The translations under genes were made by a program, and so were the position numbers. The notes below the pieces were generated by a model that was not told the origin of the DNA, did not search any database, and saw nothing but the letters and a program-made list of their open reading frames with translations. From Balanoglossus misakiensis (taxonomy: Eukaryota > Animalia > Hemichordata): a stretch of 64,000 nt of DNA. Shown piece after piece: positions 26,801-40,010 of this stretch. Where the stretch lies: assembly GCA_040954595.2 (NCBI GenBank), contig CM082598.2:6401097-6465096 (forward strand), written 5' to 3'. Within the stretch, counting starts at the first letter, position 1, and every line of letters begins with the position of its first letter.

Positions 26801-29800
26801 CCTTTATGTTATCACATGTTTTTTGTCTCCGAAGTGTTTACACGGAGGAGTCTTTCGAATGGGGCATCAGTGTCAACTTCCGTCCGTCAACCTGTCAAGA
26901 ATGCATACCATTTTCTGGTAGGGGTGTGTAGCTTTATGTTTTTGGCGGTGGTGTGTAGCTTTGAGGTGTTGAGGAAGAATTGGAACAGTGACAGAAATCG
27001 GAACGGATTAGCCAGCAGTGTTTTCGCTACCCGCTCGCCAAATCGCAAATGGGAGAATAAAGGTTGTGTTTGGCGAGACGATTTTCATACATATAAGCCA
27101 AACTTGTGAAGCACTGCTATCTAACATCGTCGTTTGTTTCGCCATGATCAACTTGCCATACAACTCGTGAACGTGGACCGCTGTTCTGTTCATTGATCAT
27201 CACCCCCTGTATCATGAACATCGCAAGGCAATGCATTGAATTCAGCTCTTCCAGCTAGTGGCTGCACTCGCTTGTTGATTTCCTGTATGTGTCTCTGGGG
27301 ACGCAGAGAATGCATGTATGCGTCTTTTCCTAAGTTGCATATTTTGAATGGGTTAGGTCTGCCTTGACTTGAATGCGTCAAGTGTACAGGTAGTTATGGA
27401 AGTTTCTTTTTAGAACCACTAGTCTGTCGGCCCAACCAGCAAAAAAAGGTTCTAGAAATGTCATTATGTTTTATAGGAGTTTTGTACTACATGAAATTAG
27501 CTGGAAATGACGGGTGGTAAACTATTGATGTGAAATCAGGTCACTTCTACTGAAAATGATGGACCAGAGAGCAATGACTATTTATGTTCACAACTGCTAT
27601 GCTCCCATCAACTGGGGAAAGTAAATGATTGAACTTTCTGTTTGAATAATTCATATATTTTTTTGCTAACACCTACACTACTATAGTCAGCACATGACAT
27701 TACCTATATACTTGAAAATGGAGAACTTTTTATCAAAACACTTCAGCTGATCTTGAATGCTGTCTGATATTTGTTTTCAAAATGTATTTCTTTCACTTTT
27801 AAACTAGTTTAATGGTTATAATTTAAGGAGACGCAAAAATGTACAATTAAGAGAAATAAGAATACTTTCAATTTTACTGATGTACATCCTTAACACAATT
27901 TCTCAAATAATGTTTGGAAACAGGCTTTCAGCATTTTTGCCATTAATTTAAATTGTCACCAAGACTTTTTGAGATAAACTTCATGAAATGTTTTGCCCAT
28001 AGACAAACCGTTGGTGAAAAATGCTGACTCATTCATAGCCTTGTATTTCAAAAACAAACCTATGTTTTACCACAGATTTTTTTAATCTTATAAAGGAGAA
28101 ACCAAAAATCTACAATTTATATGAGAAATAACAATACGTTCAATTTTAATGATCAGAACACAATTTTTTAAAGACAGGAATGGTAACAGGCTTCAGCATC
28201 TTTGCCATTGTGGACGTTTTGCCATCTCTAAAGATCATGAAAAAATAGTTTTGAATGGAGTACCCTGGGAAACCACTTAAAATGTTGTGTGTTTATCTGT
28301 GTGATACCATGAGGCGATCGATGATATGGTCAGGGCATTATGGCCAAAGGGGACCGTACCTGTCCTTTCTGATAAGGGCTACATCACAAACAAAGAGAAA
28401 ATTGTTTCTTGTTATCTTTGGCTAGATGAGCAAATAAAATGCTCAAGCTTCTTTTCAAGCCCATCATGAACATTTAGAATCTATATTCAAGACATTTAAA
28501 TGAAATTAAGATGAAGAGAATGTAACTGTCTCTGCACGCAACGATAACTATAAGGGCCAGTATTATTTCTGTGTCTATAAAAGTATAATGATTCATCTAG
28601 GCTTGTATGTGATCATGCACTATCCTAGTCTGGTATCTTTGCTTCAAAAACTAACATCTAGGTCAAGCATGTCACTGGCCCAATAAAACCTGATACCCTT
28701 TGCTGGGAATTTCCGAATTGTGATCGTGCATGGGGAGTGATGACTGCTGATAGTCTAAAGCTTGGGTTCCTGGGAAGGGTGCTAATTGCTCTGACTGACT
28801 TGATAACTTGATCTTTAATTAATGTGGAGTAATTAAATCTTGACAGAATGAAGAAGGCACAATTATGAAGTCAAGTTTTGCCCACAAAACTTCAGTTATG
28901 CGTTTCACTATTTATGTAAAAAGAATAACTTGACATTGCATTAGTAAAGTTTAACGTAGTCATTTCTATCACTAGACTCTCTCACAGCCCATGGCTCGCT
29001 ACAAGGCTCTTCACTGACGCGCCCAGAACCGTTTAGCAACGGAGAACCCTCATATGGTGTTGTGTAGCGAACCTTGCAATCAGACCATTAGCCTGCATGG
29101 ACTGCGAAGGGGGCTGTGAGAGAGTCTTTTCTATCACATGAATGTCTCCAATAGCTAACATGAAACATGGAATGAAAATTGTGTAATATTAATTCCATTG
29201 ACATCGGCGGGCGCGGGTGTAGATACTTCCATCCCTGTCAAAGGAAATAAAACGATGACACAATTATAAAACAAAACAGAAACAACAATTTTGAATGGAC
29301 AATCATACAAATTGATCGGCACAATTATTGGTATATGCACAGGGTTCATTGATAGATGCACTGCACACAATGGATATATTTTATTTGCGTGCTCACAAAG
29401 TTTCTTTGCGTGCAGTCAAATACACACAGCACTGAACCTCAAAAGTTGTCATTTTCTGCAACAATTAAACCATAATATGTAATGCAAACAATTATGGAAT
29501 AATTACATGTAATTAATTTGTACTTTTATTTTCTTTGGTGTTCATTTGAAACCCGGTCATATTCTGTTCCAAATAAAAACAAACTGTCAGCCTCATTTTA
29601 CCATAAAACTCCAGTCTATGTACATGTATTAGTCCCGCCATGAACAACGTCCATAATCGCACGTATCTCTTCTTGTACGTGGAAGCAATTAGTTCCACTT
29701 TGGGCGTAACACCCTGACTGTTTTGTCGACGTCGCCGCTCGATACTGCACAGAAAAAAAACAAATCAACATGAATCGTTAAAGTTTAAGCTTGTCCCTAC

Positions 29801-30093
29801 TATCCCTAATGCTGAATGCCAATTACTGTTAGCAACAATGTTATTTTGCGATGATTTTTGAGTTAAGCAAGATGTCACTCAAAGGAGTGGGTGTGGCCAT
29901 GGTGTTGTGATGTTATAGGCACATTAATCAAAGATGTCGCTTTGGTCTAAAGGCACAATTTGTTCAGACACGTTCTTGTCTCACTTAAACGTCACTGCAT
30001 TTGGATGATACCAAGAGGCGACGGTACGATCAGGGAATTTATGGCCAGAGTGGATGATACCTGTGTTCTCTTCGATAAATTAGCCCCAAAGTT

Positions 30094-33000
30094 TAGACCA
30101 TGAGCTAGTATAGGTTTACCTCCCCCCCCCCCCCCCCTGGGGAATTTTGAGACAATGTTTTTCTGAAAGCCTATCATATACTGAGTAAAATTCACTTTGT
30201 TTGCCATCTGGGCACCGGGGCGTTTTCGAGTTATTGGCTTCTAAATTATATTGGGTAACGTATGCAGGAAACCCTAAAAGTGCGTATAAATTGACGTAGG
30301 GGGTAAATTAGTCTTGTAAAATACTGTGTCTCTGAACGTATACCTCGAACAACATGGATGTATTTGGTATCAAAAGAAAGCGTAATAAACAAGCTTTTCA
30401 TATATTACAAAATAAAAGTAATATGACAAATCATGACATCATAGTGACGTCATAAGTCAAAATACCCTTACGAAAATGGTGTTCTGTTCACCTATAAATG
30501 TGAGGTTTTGCAAAACATGTCTCTGTGCAATTGTACTGATGAAAACTGATGAAAACTGTCATGTGTTTGGTATCAACAGAAAGCTGATTGAGTAAAGTAT
30601 CTAATTATTGCAAAAAATTGATACGATAATCAATTACGTCATCATTACGTCATACTTCCAAGTACTCTTACCAACTAGTGACTATGATGACAAGTAATTA
30701 CCCTAGGAGATGCCTTTGAACAACATTTTTGGTAAGGAAGGTTTGTGAAGTCCATTCTATGTAAAAAATGGTGCTGATTCCAAAAAAGTCAGTCTTATTG
30801 AACCAACCCAAGACGAAATTGCCATTTTGGCACGTTTTAACGAATAAAGACCACTACTAACCCCAAAAAGGTCATTTTTAGAAAACACTAAAAACACACA
30901 GTTTTCGTCACATTCGAAGATCTGATGACATATGATATGCCTATTCTATGTAAAATTTGGTTGATATTACGAAAAAAGCAGTCTGACTGACCCCAAACGA
31001 GACAAAATTGGCTTTTTGACCATTTTTTTGCCCAAAAACGTCATTTTTAGACAAAACTTAAAACACACTGTTCTCTTCATATTGATTGCTCTGATGATAC
31101 ATGGAAAGTCAATTCTATGTGTAAAATAGTGACTATAAAAACATAAAGCAGTCTTTTTGACCCCAATCAAAACAAAATTGCCATTTTTGCCACTTTTTGC
31201 CCCAAAAATGTCATTTTTAGAAAACACTCAAAACTTATATATTTTCTTCACTTTCGGAGATCATTTGATATATGAAAAGTTTATGCTATGTAAAATAGTT
31301 CTGATTCCAGAAATAGCAGTCTTATTGACCCCCACCCAAGGCAAAATTGCCATTTTTGCCACTTTTAGCCCCAAACATGTCATTTTTTTAGAAAACACCC
31401 AAAACTTATATATTTTCTTCACTTTCGGAGATCTGATAATGTATTATATACCCACCCTGTGTAAAATTTGGTAGGTATTCAAAAAAGTAGGTTTATTGGC
31501 GCCACTCAAGATTAAAGTGCTTTTTTGGCAAGTTTTTGCCCAAAAAGGCCATTTTAAGAAAACAATTAAAAGCAAACTTTTTTCTTTATATTTGGAGATT
31601 TGATGATGTATGAAAAGTCAATTTTTTGCCCAAAAAGGGTCATTTTAGAAAATACTAAAAAACATTCCATTTTCTTCTAAACTAAAGACAAATTGCTTTC
31701 TTCATATTCAGAGATCTGATTATGTATGAAAAGTCCATTCTATGTAAAAAAAAAAAAAATGGTGTCTATTTCAAAAACGGTAGTCTGATTGACCCCATTC
31801 TAGTCAAAATTGCGTTTTTGGCAGTTTATTGCCCAAAAAGACCTACTTAAGACAAATTTATCATTTAAAACATTTTCTAGAGAAAAAAATGTTTGCATTT
31901 GGAGATAGCCCAAATTGAACTCAAAATGATGATGAAACAGCGTCGAGAGTAAAAGAAGTTATACGAATTGAACCAAAGTCGCATCGATGAATCTAAACAC
32001 GTCGCCCAGGACCAAGCATTAAACATGATACAGGCGACAAAAAGACAGGCACTGCACATGGCAAAGTCCCAAATATTCACATAGAGCATCTCCAAATTGA
32101 AACGTCAAGGAATTTAAGAGTTTGTATTATACTTATTAGGTTTAAACCCACATTTTCCCTGTTGTGTGCTAGTTCAGGGGGACAGTGTTAGCTCTATTGA
32201 GTATTTAGCATCGTTGGATTGCACTTCTGTCCAATCAGAATGACGGAGGTATCATGATATAATATAATTTCTGATTTTGTATTCAGAACGAAGAGGATAA
32301 ATGTCAACAATCTATCCCGAGCTGGTATAGATGTACATAACAAAATTTTATACCATGTATAACCGACTTATAGTAGACAGTGTGAATACATGGATCGTCT
32401 CGTTTTATTGTTTAGTTCCATTTTAGGCTAAATGTGCCAAATTGTGGCAACTCTGTTTTCCAATATCATCAATTCAACTGATATCATATGATATGACATT
32501 TTAAATATGCAAATAAAACTCAAAAGGCAAAAAACATCAATTATTTTGTTTTCTGAAAAAGACAATTGTTGACTAGAAGATGGCTTAATGGCAATTTTGT
32601 ATTGAGTGGAGTGTCTCAATTAGACTGTTGTGTTGGTATCAGCATATTCTTTGCAAAAAAATGGACTTTCCATTCATCATCAAACATTTAAACACGAAGA
32701 AAACAGCTTGTTTTCATTTTTTCTTGAAATGGCCCTTTTGACGAAAAAATGGCCAAAATGAAAATTTTGTAGGGCTGAAAAGAATGTACATCATAAGATC
32801 TCTGAATATAAAGAAAGAAGTTTGTTTTTATCTTTTCAAACAGTTACCTTTTTTGAGCAAAGTGGCCAAAATGGCATTTTTTCCCTCTGTGGAGTCAGTA
32901 AGAGTGCTTTTTTTTTTGGAAAAATCGCTACTTTTAAGATAGAATGGACTTTTATTTATTATTAGATCACCAAAGGGAAGAAGAAAATAGCACGTTTTTA

Positions 33001-34439
33001 GTATTTTCTAAAAATGACCCTTTTTGGGCAAAAAGTATTTCCATCTTTACTGAGATCAATAAGATTGCTTTTTCTAGAGTCAACACCAATTTTTCCATAA
33101 ATGGACTTTTCATACATGATCAAATGTCCAAATTTAAAGAAAAAGGTTCGCTTTTAGTTGTTTTCTTAAAATGGCCTTTTTGGGCAAAAACTTGCCAAAA
33201 AAGCACTTTAATCTTGAGTCGCGCCAATAAACCTACTTTTTTGAATACCTAACAAATTTTACACAGGGTGGGTATATAATACATTATCAGATCTCCGAAA
33301 GTGAAGAAAATATATAAGTTTTGAGTGTTTTCTAAAAATGACATGTTTGGGGCAAAAAGTGGCAAAAATGGCAATTTTGTTTTGATTCGGGTCAAAAAGA
33401 CTGCTTTATGTTTTTATAGTCAATATTTTACACATAGAATTCACTTTCCATATATCATCAGATCAATCAATATGAAGCGAACAGTGTGTTTTAAGTTTTG
33501 TCTAAAAATGACGTTTTTGGGCAAAAAATGGTCAAAAAGGCAATTTTGTCTCGTTTGGGGTCAGTCAGACTGCTTTTTTCGTAATATCAACCAAATTTTA
33601 CATAGAATAGGCATATCATATGTCATCAGATGTTCGAATGTGACGAAAACTGTGTGTTTTTAGTGTTTCTAAAAATGACCTTTTTGGGGTTAAAATGTGC
33701 CAAAATGGCAATTTTGTCTTGGGTTGGGTCAATAAGACTGACTTTTTTGGAATCAGCACCATTTTTTACATAGAATGGACTTCACAAACCTTCCTTACCA
33801 AAATTTTTGTTCAAAGGCACCTATCTCCTAGGGTAATAATCAAAGTCACTAGTTGGTAAGGGTACTTGGAAGTATGACGTAATGACGTAATAATTGATTA
33901 TCGTATCATTTTTTGCAATAATTAGATACTTTACTCAATCAGCTTTCTGTTGATACCAAACATATGACAGTTTTCATCAGTTTTCATCAGTACAATTGCA
34001 CAGAGACATGTTTTGCAAAACCTCACATTTATAGGTGAACAGAACACCATTTTCGTAAGGGTATTTTGACTTATGACGTCACTACGATGTCATGATTTGT
34101 CATATCACTTTTATTTTGTAATATATGGAAAGCTTGTTTATTAAGTTTTCTTTTGATACCAAATACATCCATGTTGTTCGAGGTATACGTTCAGAGAGAC
34201 AGTATTTTACAAGACTAATTTACCCCCCTACGTCAATTTATATGCACTTTTAGGGTTTCCTGCATACGTTACCCAATATAATTTAGAAGCCAATAACTCG
34301 AAAACGCCCCGGTGCCCAGATGGCAAACAAAGTGAATTTTACTCAGTATATGATAGGCTTTTAGAAAAACATTGTCTCAAAAATTCCCCCCCGGGGGGGG
34401 GGGGGGAGGGGAGGTAAACCTATACTGGCTCATGGTCTA
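30094..34439. mobile_element. Non-autonomous Academ-type foldback element (4346 bp, ~1.3-1.5 kb TIRs)
   Basis: TAG...CTA termini (tagaccatgagc...gctcatggtcta) with 3-bp TSD gtt (30091-93, 34440-42). Empty site ccccaaagttgctatag in other units. Arms ~30094-31620 and ~33100-34439 are inverted copies with internal subrepeats. Confidence 0.85.
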
Positions 34440-36114
34440 GTTGTTATAGATTTCCCTCTTTAAGATGTACATGCAGAACATAAACTTGTAAACTGTGCAA
34501 ATTAGTATGCATTTGTCTTATTCCATAAATGATTACATTGACAATCCCTAGAAAAAATCAGGGGGGGGGGGGGGGCAGAGTGGAAGATACATCTGTTCTC
34601 ACTGATAATTTAGCCCCAATGTTGCTATAGACTCCCCTCTTAATAATGATGTACGTGCAGAACGTTTGGATGATACCAAGAAGCGACGGTATGATCAGAG
34701 TATTTATGGCCGTAGTGGACTCCTCTCTTAAGTTTGTACATGAAAACGTCAAAATGTAAACGTGCGCACTTGTCTTTTCCCACAGGATTACATACCGGTA
34801 CATTAAGAATTACTACAAAACTCATTTCTTCTATAATGTTCATGCCATTATATTTACACAAATAGGTCAGTTTAATACAAAATATATTCATTGGTTAATT
34901 TAAATTGTCACTAAGATTTTTTGAGGTAAACTTCATGAAATGTCTTGCCCATAGACAAACCGTTGGTGAAAAATGCTGACTCATTCATAGACTTGTATTT
35001 CAAAAATGTGGCCAGATCCAAATTTTGTAGTGTTTGGAATCTACCAGTCTGGCGCCCTCATGAGATGCTGGAGAGTGTGTTATAGGTGCTAGGGAGTATT
35101 GATGGAAATGTTCGATTTCTGTAGTGTTTTGGTAACATTCATGTGTTTACAAATTCATATTTGCGTAAACGAAAATGTGTCCAGCGATACACATGAAGCA
35201 TGAAGTGTTATTTAATGTAATTTCATGGGAGCGATGTCATGTGATTAATTGAGTTATCAGTGACCTAGGGGGTTGTTTACAACTTTAGAGCTTGGGAAAG
35301 ACACGAGGTAGGAGACGCGATAGAGATTTCGTGTATGGCGGACGTGTACCCGTTGACGGAGTTGTTGAGTCATCGAAAGCTGTCTGGAAAGAACGGACGT
35401 CGATAGACTAAAAGGCCAACACTTCTTGATCGGTGAGTGGTAGCGTCCAGGTCGTACGAGACGACGTTTGGAGTTGATCGGGTGAGAACTGAATGATTCC
35501 CGGTAACTCTATTGACTGAACTTTGGGAGGAAGTTTTCATAGTGATCGCCATCTTTGAAACTTTCTGTGAACGCGGTGTAGATGCAATTCATTGGAACGG
35601 AGTCTGATGAAATTGTAGTGACTGGGAGATTCTGCTGACAGTGCTTGGGAAACACCCATCAGTGCAGCGACAGAGAGAATAGACATTTTCTGTGAGTAGC
35701 AGTGCTTTTCGGACTTTGGGAGTCGCACGGAAATCTACTGAGCAGCAAGTGTGCTGGAGTGTTCTACTGGAGGAATTTTCTGGAGTGCTGACGTCATCGC
35801 TACGGACGCGGAACGTCGAGGGAACGTTTACAGCAGCGAGCGACGAGCGTTCATCACTTTGGCAAGTACAACAGGGGTTGGGAAATATAGAGACTTGGGA
35901 ACATTGGATGATATTTGAACAACTGTTTTATTCAAATATTCATGGGGTTATTTGCATAGAGTTTTACATGGATGTAGTTTTGCTAAGATAGTGCTATTGG
36001 ACGTCACAGAAACAGATTTGTTCATCTTTTCTGGTGATAAGTGCAGGAGATATTTACGGATTGTTGTTGTTATTCACCAGTGTGAGGGTCAGGTATTTGG
36101 TGCAACGATATTCA

Positions 36115-37154
36115 TAGTCTGGTACCCTGCCCCCTTTCTCCCGCTGCTGGCGCTACACTCACGAAAGGGGTCAGGTAAAGGCCATTTAATGCATGGCTGT
36201 GATTGGACATTAATATCGAGCGTGCTGATTGGTCGATAAAGTTTTCAGACGACAAACAATGGCGTCGTTCAAAGAAACGCTCGACTTTGTTATTCGCACA
36301 AAGTATGCACTGTCTTGTATTAACCGTCGACGCGGCTCTGCTTTCACTTTTTAAAAACCGAAACAGGTGGACTGTTTGGCAGTGTGCTTGAAAGGAGACT
36401 GTATCGCGCTGTTGCCAACAGGATATGGAAAGTCAGTGATATTTGAATCACTGCCGATTCTATTCCCACCGGAGACTGCTGTTGTCGTTATAATAACTCC
36501 ACTGAACGCAATCATCGAGGAGCAATGCAGCAAGTTGGGTGTTGAAGCCATGAAGATCGACCGTAATTTTTCTTTCGGGAGTACTGTGAAAAAACGCTTT
36601 CTAGATGGCGACTTTACCGACGTTTTCTCACACCCAGAACATATTCTGCAGCCAGAAGCGTTTGAAGTTTTTAGAAGACCAGTGTGGCAGAAGAAGGTTA
36701 CCCACATAGTGATCGATGAGGCACATTGTGTTGTGCAATGGGGTACTGACTTTCGCCCTAATTTCAAACATTTAAAAAACCTCCGGGCAATATTTAATAA
36801 TGCAAAAGTTTTGGCGATGACAGCTACTTCTACGATTGAGACACGGGCAGAAATCAGTGAACTACTGCTGAAGATCAACATTTGTAGTCGATTGTTGCCG
36901 TTAATTTTCTTTAACCGCTGCTCACCTTCCCCACAAGCAACACATGTACTTGCGTTGATCTTTACTGGCGTTGTTTTCATGGTCGCAGCCATTTTGGTGT
37001 ATCATGTGACGTCACTGAACAGTTGAAGCATACAGTTGAAGTGATGTGACAGTCCGCCATTTTGGTCAGGATCCTGACCAAAATGGCTGCCCATACCTGA
37101 CCCTTCCCTTGAGCAGCGCAGCCAGCGGCGGGGATGGGGCAGGGGACCAGACTA
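36115..37154. mobile_element. Internally deleted AcademH transposon nested in the solo LTR
   Basis: TIR tagtctggt.ccctgcccc...ggggcaggggaccagacta with perfect 9-bp TSD cgatattca (36106-14, 37155-63). It carries a RecQ-like helicase, the hallmark of AcademH. Confidence 0.9.
36259..36870 (+). pseudogene. RecQ-family (SF2 DEAH) helicase N-terminal fragment of AcademH
   Basis: ATG at 36259 is in frame with ORF 36367 but has a TAA at codon 32. Motifs: KPKQ (Q motif), LPTGYGKS (Walker A), ITPLNAII (Ia), HPE, VIDEAHCVVQWGTDFRP (II), AMTAT (III). Truncated before the HELICc domain. Confidence 0.9.
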
Positions 37155-37641
37155 CGATATTCAGTGATTGCAATTAGGCAGCATTGAGTATTTTGGTTCA
37201 GTGTATGTGGATTACTTTTGTTTTCATTGCATTAAAGTTATTCTATTACATTATAATTTCCTGGTGTATGTGTCACGTGTTGCTTTGGAGATACGACTCA
37301 GTGGTAGGCTCATGCATAGAAATTCAATGCTGTGCCTACGGATTCATGCCCTTGGAATAGATAGGAGTTTCTGGCCGCACCCGCTCCCCGTGTTTGGACC
37401 CCCCCCACCACCACCCGCCACCCCGTCCGTGCCAATCGCGTGGGAGTGGGTGACAAAAACAAACCTATATTTTACCACAGATTTTTCATGCTTATAAAGA
37501 AGAAACCAAAAATGTACAATTAAGAGAAATAACAATACCTTCAATTTTAATGATCATATATCCTTAACACAATTTTTTAAAGACACGAATGGTAACAGGC
37601 TTCAGCATCTTTGCCATTGTCAACGTTTTGCCATCTCTTAA

Positions 37642-38732
37642 ACCCCCAACTCCCGTATAAAAGCGCGAGAGCACGCGAGAGTTGGCATAATGGTGGGAGA
37701 TTCAAACTCACTAACAACAGAACGGACGTTGTCCATAAAAGACAGTAAATTTAGGTCTACCGATGATTTTTTATGTCTCTAAATTCAGAAAGGAGTGCAT
37801 GAGTTTATTTAGCACGACATCCACGGTTTTTGGTGCAATACAATTTGAAAATACTTTCGTAAACCGAAGATGAAATCATTTTGTCCCCGAGATATGACCA
37901 GTATATCTGTACGATTTTCAGTTTGAATCTGCGTGATTGACGTATTATGCAAATCAAAATTGGGCACCATTGATACATTGTGGCGTTGATTGCAAAGTGT
38001 GCGTGACCTGAAAATGGGGATATGATCATACCAAATTTATCACACATGAACATGCACACATCCATAAAATCGGTAGTTCTCTTCTTGGAAATTGTGTTGG
38101 TCCTGAAAAGGACCATTTGTATTTGTGTACCAACCGTACAAAGTGAAGCGGGGAAAGCCTCATCAGTGCCATATTCATGCCCAACGTAAGAAACACTGGG
38201 TAAATTCGGGTAGAGACCACGGACTAGCCAAGACTGCCTATGTGTGGTAACACATTGCGAATAAAAACAAAATTCACAGGAGTTGACCGAATCTCCGGAA
38301 GCCGATGTACTCATGGACACGGTGTTTACTTCGACGGCTGCTGCATCCGATAGACCGGCAGTGTCCCCCGCATCAAACTCGCCGGTAGCCGATACCACGC
38401 ACGGTACTAACCCGCGCGGTCGCAGCAGGTGAACTTTAATGTGCCCCCGCCGGTCGTTGACCGAAAGCTCGGGAGAGAAAATTGCCAGTGATTTCTCCTG
38501 CTCTTCAGTGACCGCTATCTTGATAATTCGTGTCGACATGATAGATTCAGCTGACCGCGGGTACGTAAGAACTAGCTGGATCGCGTGGGTATAGAAATGT
38601 GTTTCCTTTTGGCGGGCGCGGGATGCCCATTTGAGGTCAATTGTTGTAACAATATAAAGTGGCGTCAGAGCTTTAGCCACGCCAACATTTTATTGATTTT
38701 TGCTCGGTAGGGCCCTACCGAGCGGTGGGGGT
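37642..38732 (-). mobile_element. TTAA-flanked element (ACCCC termini, 1091 bp) with a remnant ORF (37805-38680)
   Basis: TTAA at 37638-41 and 38733-36; empty site catctcTTAAgatcatg at ~22655; short TIR accccca/tgggggt. The ORF contains CEFCFYSQCVT..W.VRGLYPN..VSYVGH. Confidence 0.7.
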
Positions 38733-39209
38733 TTAAGATCATGAAAAAAATAGTTTTGGATGGAGTACCCTGGGAAACCTCTTTAAATTTTGTGTGTTTA
38801 TCTGTGTGATACCATGAGGCGATCGATGATATGGTCAGGGCATTATGGCCAAAGGGGACCGTACCTGTCCTTTCTGATTAAGAGCTACATCACAAACAGC
38901 TCGAGAAAATTGTTAATCGTTATGTACATTTGACTGCATGAGCGAATTACATTCAAGGCATTTAAATGAAATTAAGATGAAGAGATTTTAATTGTCCCTG
39001 CATGCACCTATGCAACTATGAAGGACACTATGATTTCTGTGTCTGTAATGATTCATCTAGGCGTGTATTTGATCATGCACTATATTAGTCTAGTATCTAG
39101 CCGTCAAGTTTGCTTCCAAAACTAACATCTAGGTCAAGCATGCCACTGGCCCAATAAAACCTGACACCCTTTGCTGGGAGTTGTGATCGTGGCTGGGGAG
39201 TGACGACTG

Positions 39210-39636
39210 TTCGAGTTGCATATTTTATTAACCCTCGGAAATGGTGGCGTTTTGGGGCTAAGAAAAACAGTTTTTGATATTATGTCATTCAATTTGAAGT
39301 AGGTAAAAAAGTTGACCATGTATCATGCATCTTAATATGTCATTCGAAACTAGAGTACACGTGCAAAAAAGCGAAAATTTTGATTTACATTTTCTGTTTC
39401 CATTGAGGAGTAACAGCGTTTGAAAGTTACAATTTTAGAATATTTGATCAAATTCATGATGAGTTGTATTGAATGAAAGTTATTTATTCCCGCTAGGGAC
39501 ACTTAATCGACTAAAAACATTTTTTGTATTGTTGGATGGGTCATATACAATCCCCTGTTAAAATTTGAGCAAATTCGGCCAATGCAGAGCGAAGCTAAAT
39601 TCTTCTGAAGTTGTCAAAAGCAGCGAAAATGCAAAA
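39210..39636. mobile_element. Partial Kolobok-type K1 fragment at the array end
   Basis: Matches the internal ~3365-3790 of K1; no termini. Confidence 0.75.
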
Positions 39637-40010
39637 AGACCAGCTGTTTTATTTAGTGTATGTACAGTACATGTGCCATTGGCAGCTTATGGGTCAGTCA
39701 GTGTTCGCCCAGTGATCTATGTGTGTGTGTCTGTCTGTCTGTATACGGCCATGTACTCCGGTGTAGACTTATTCTTGTGTAATCCCTCAATGGGACCAGT
39801 GTCCTTGACGCGATTTTTTTTCTTTGTAGCGTAGCTCGTATTTACTGATAGTTACTTATTGCCTTTTTTACAGATACAGTCTTCAAAATCATATGATAGC
39901 TAGACAACGCAATCCCAACAAAACTAACTTGCCAGTTGAACTCAAGACTGCAACATCGTGCTATGATGTAATTTGTTGATGAATTTCAAGGCAATGTTAA
40001 TGACATAACA

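Larger units (their letters stand above)
35007..37455. mobile_element. Solo LTR (~1.4 kb without the nested insert), Gypsy-like
   Basis: TGT...ACA termini with 4-bp TSD aaaa (in an A-run, so weak on its own); empty site gtatttcaaaaacaaacc at ~28043; ATTAAA at 37231; no coding content. Confidence 0.65.
2343..39210. repeat. Degenerate macro-tandem array, ~8 copies of a ~3 kb unit with many nested insertions and deletions
   Basis: Module 'ccagtctatgtacatg...gtcgccgctcgatactgca' recurs near 2770, 8975, 13725, 17695, 20655, 24385, 25975 and 29610. Module 'gaatggagtaccc...gatgatatggtcagggcattatggcc' recurs near 4500, 12040, 15295, 19000, 22690, 25410, 28255 and 38760. All copies are in the same orientation. 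Confidence 0.95.

Noticed and set aside
36351-36870. 213-aa minus-strand ORF as a full protein
   Set aside because: Beyond the first ~40 codons it is the antisense shadow of the helicase
36367-37026. Host RecQ/WRN/BLM gene or membrane-anchored helicase
   Set aside because: It is intronless, truncated, has an upstream in-frame stop and is enclosed by Academ TIRs and a 9-bp TSD; the hydrophobic tail is a deletion artefact
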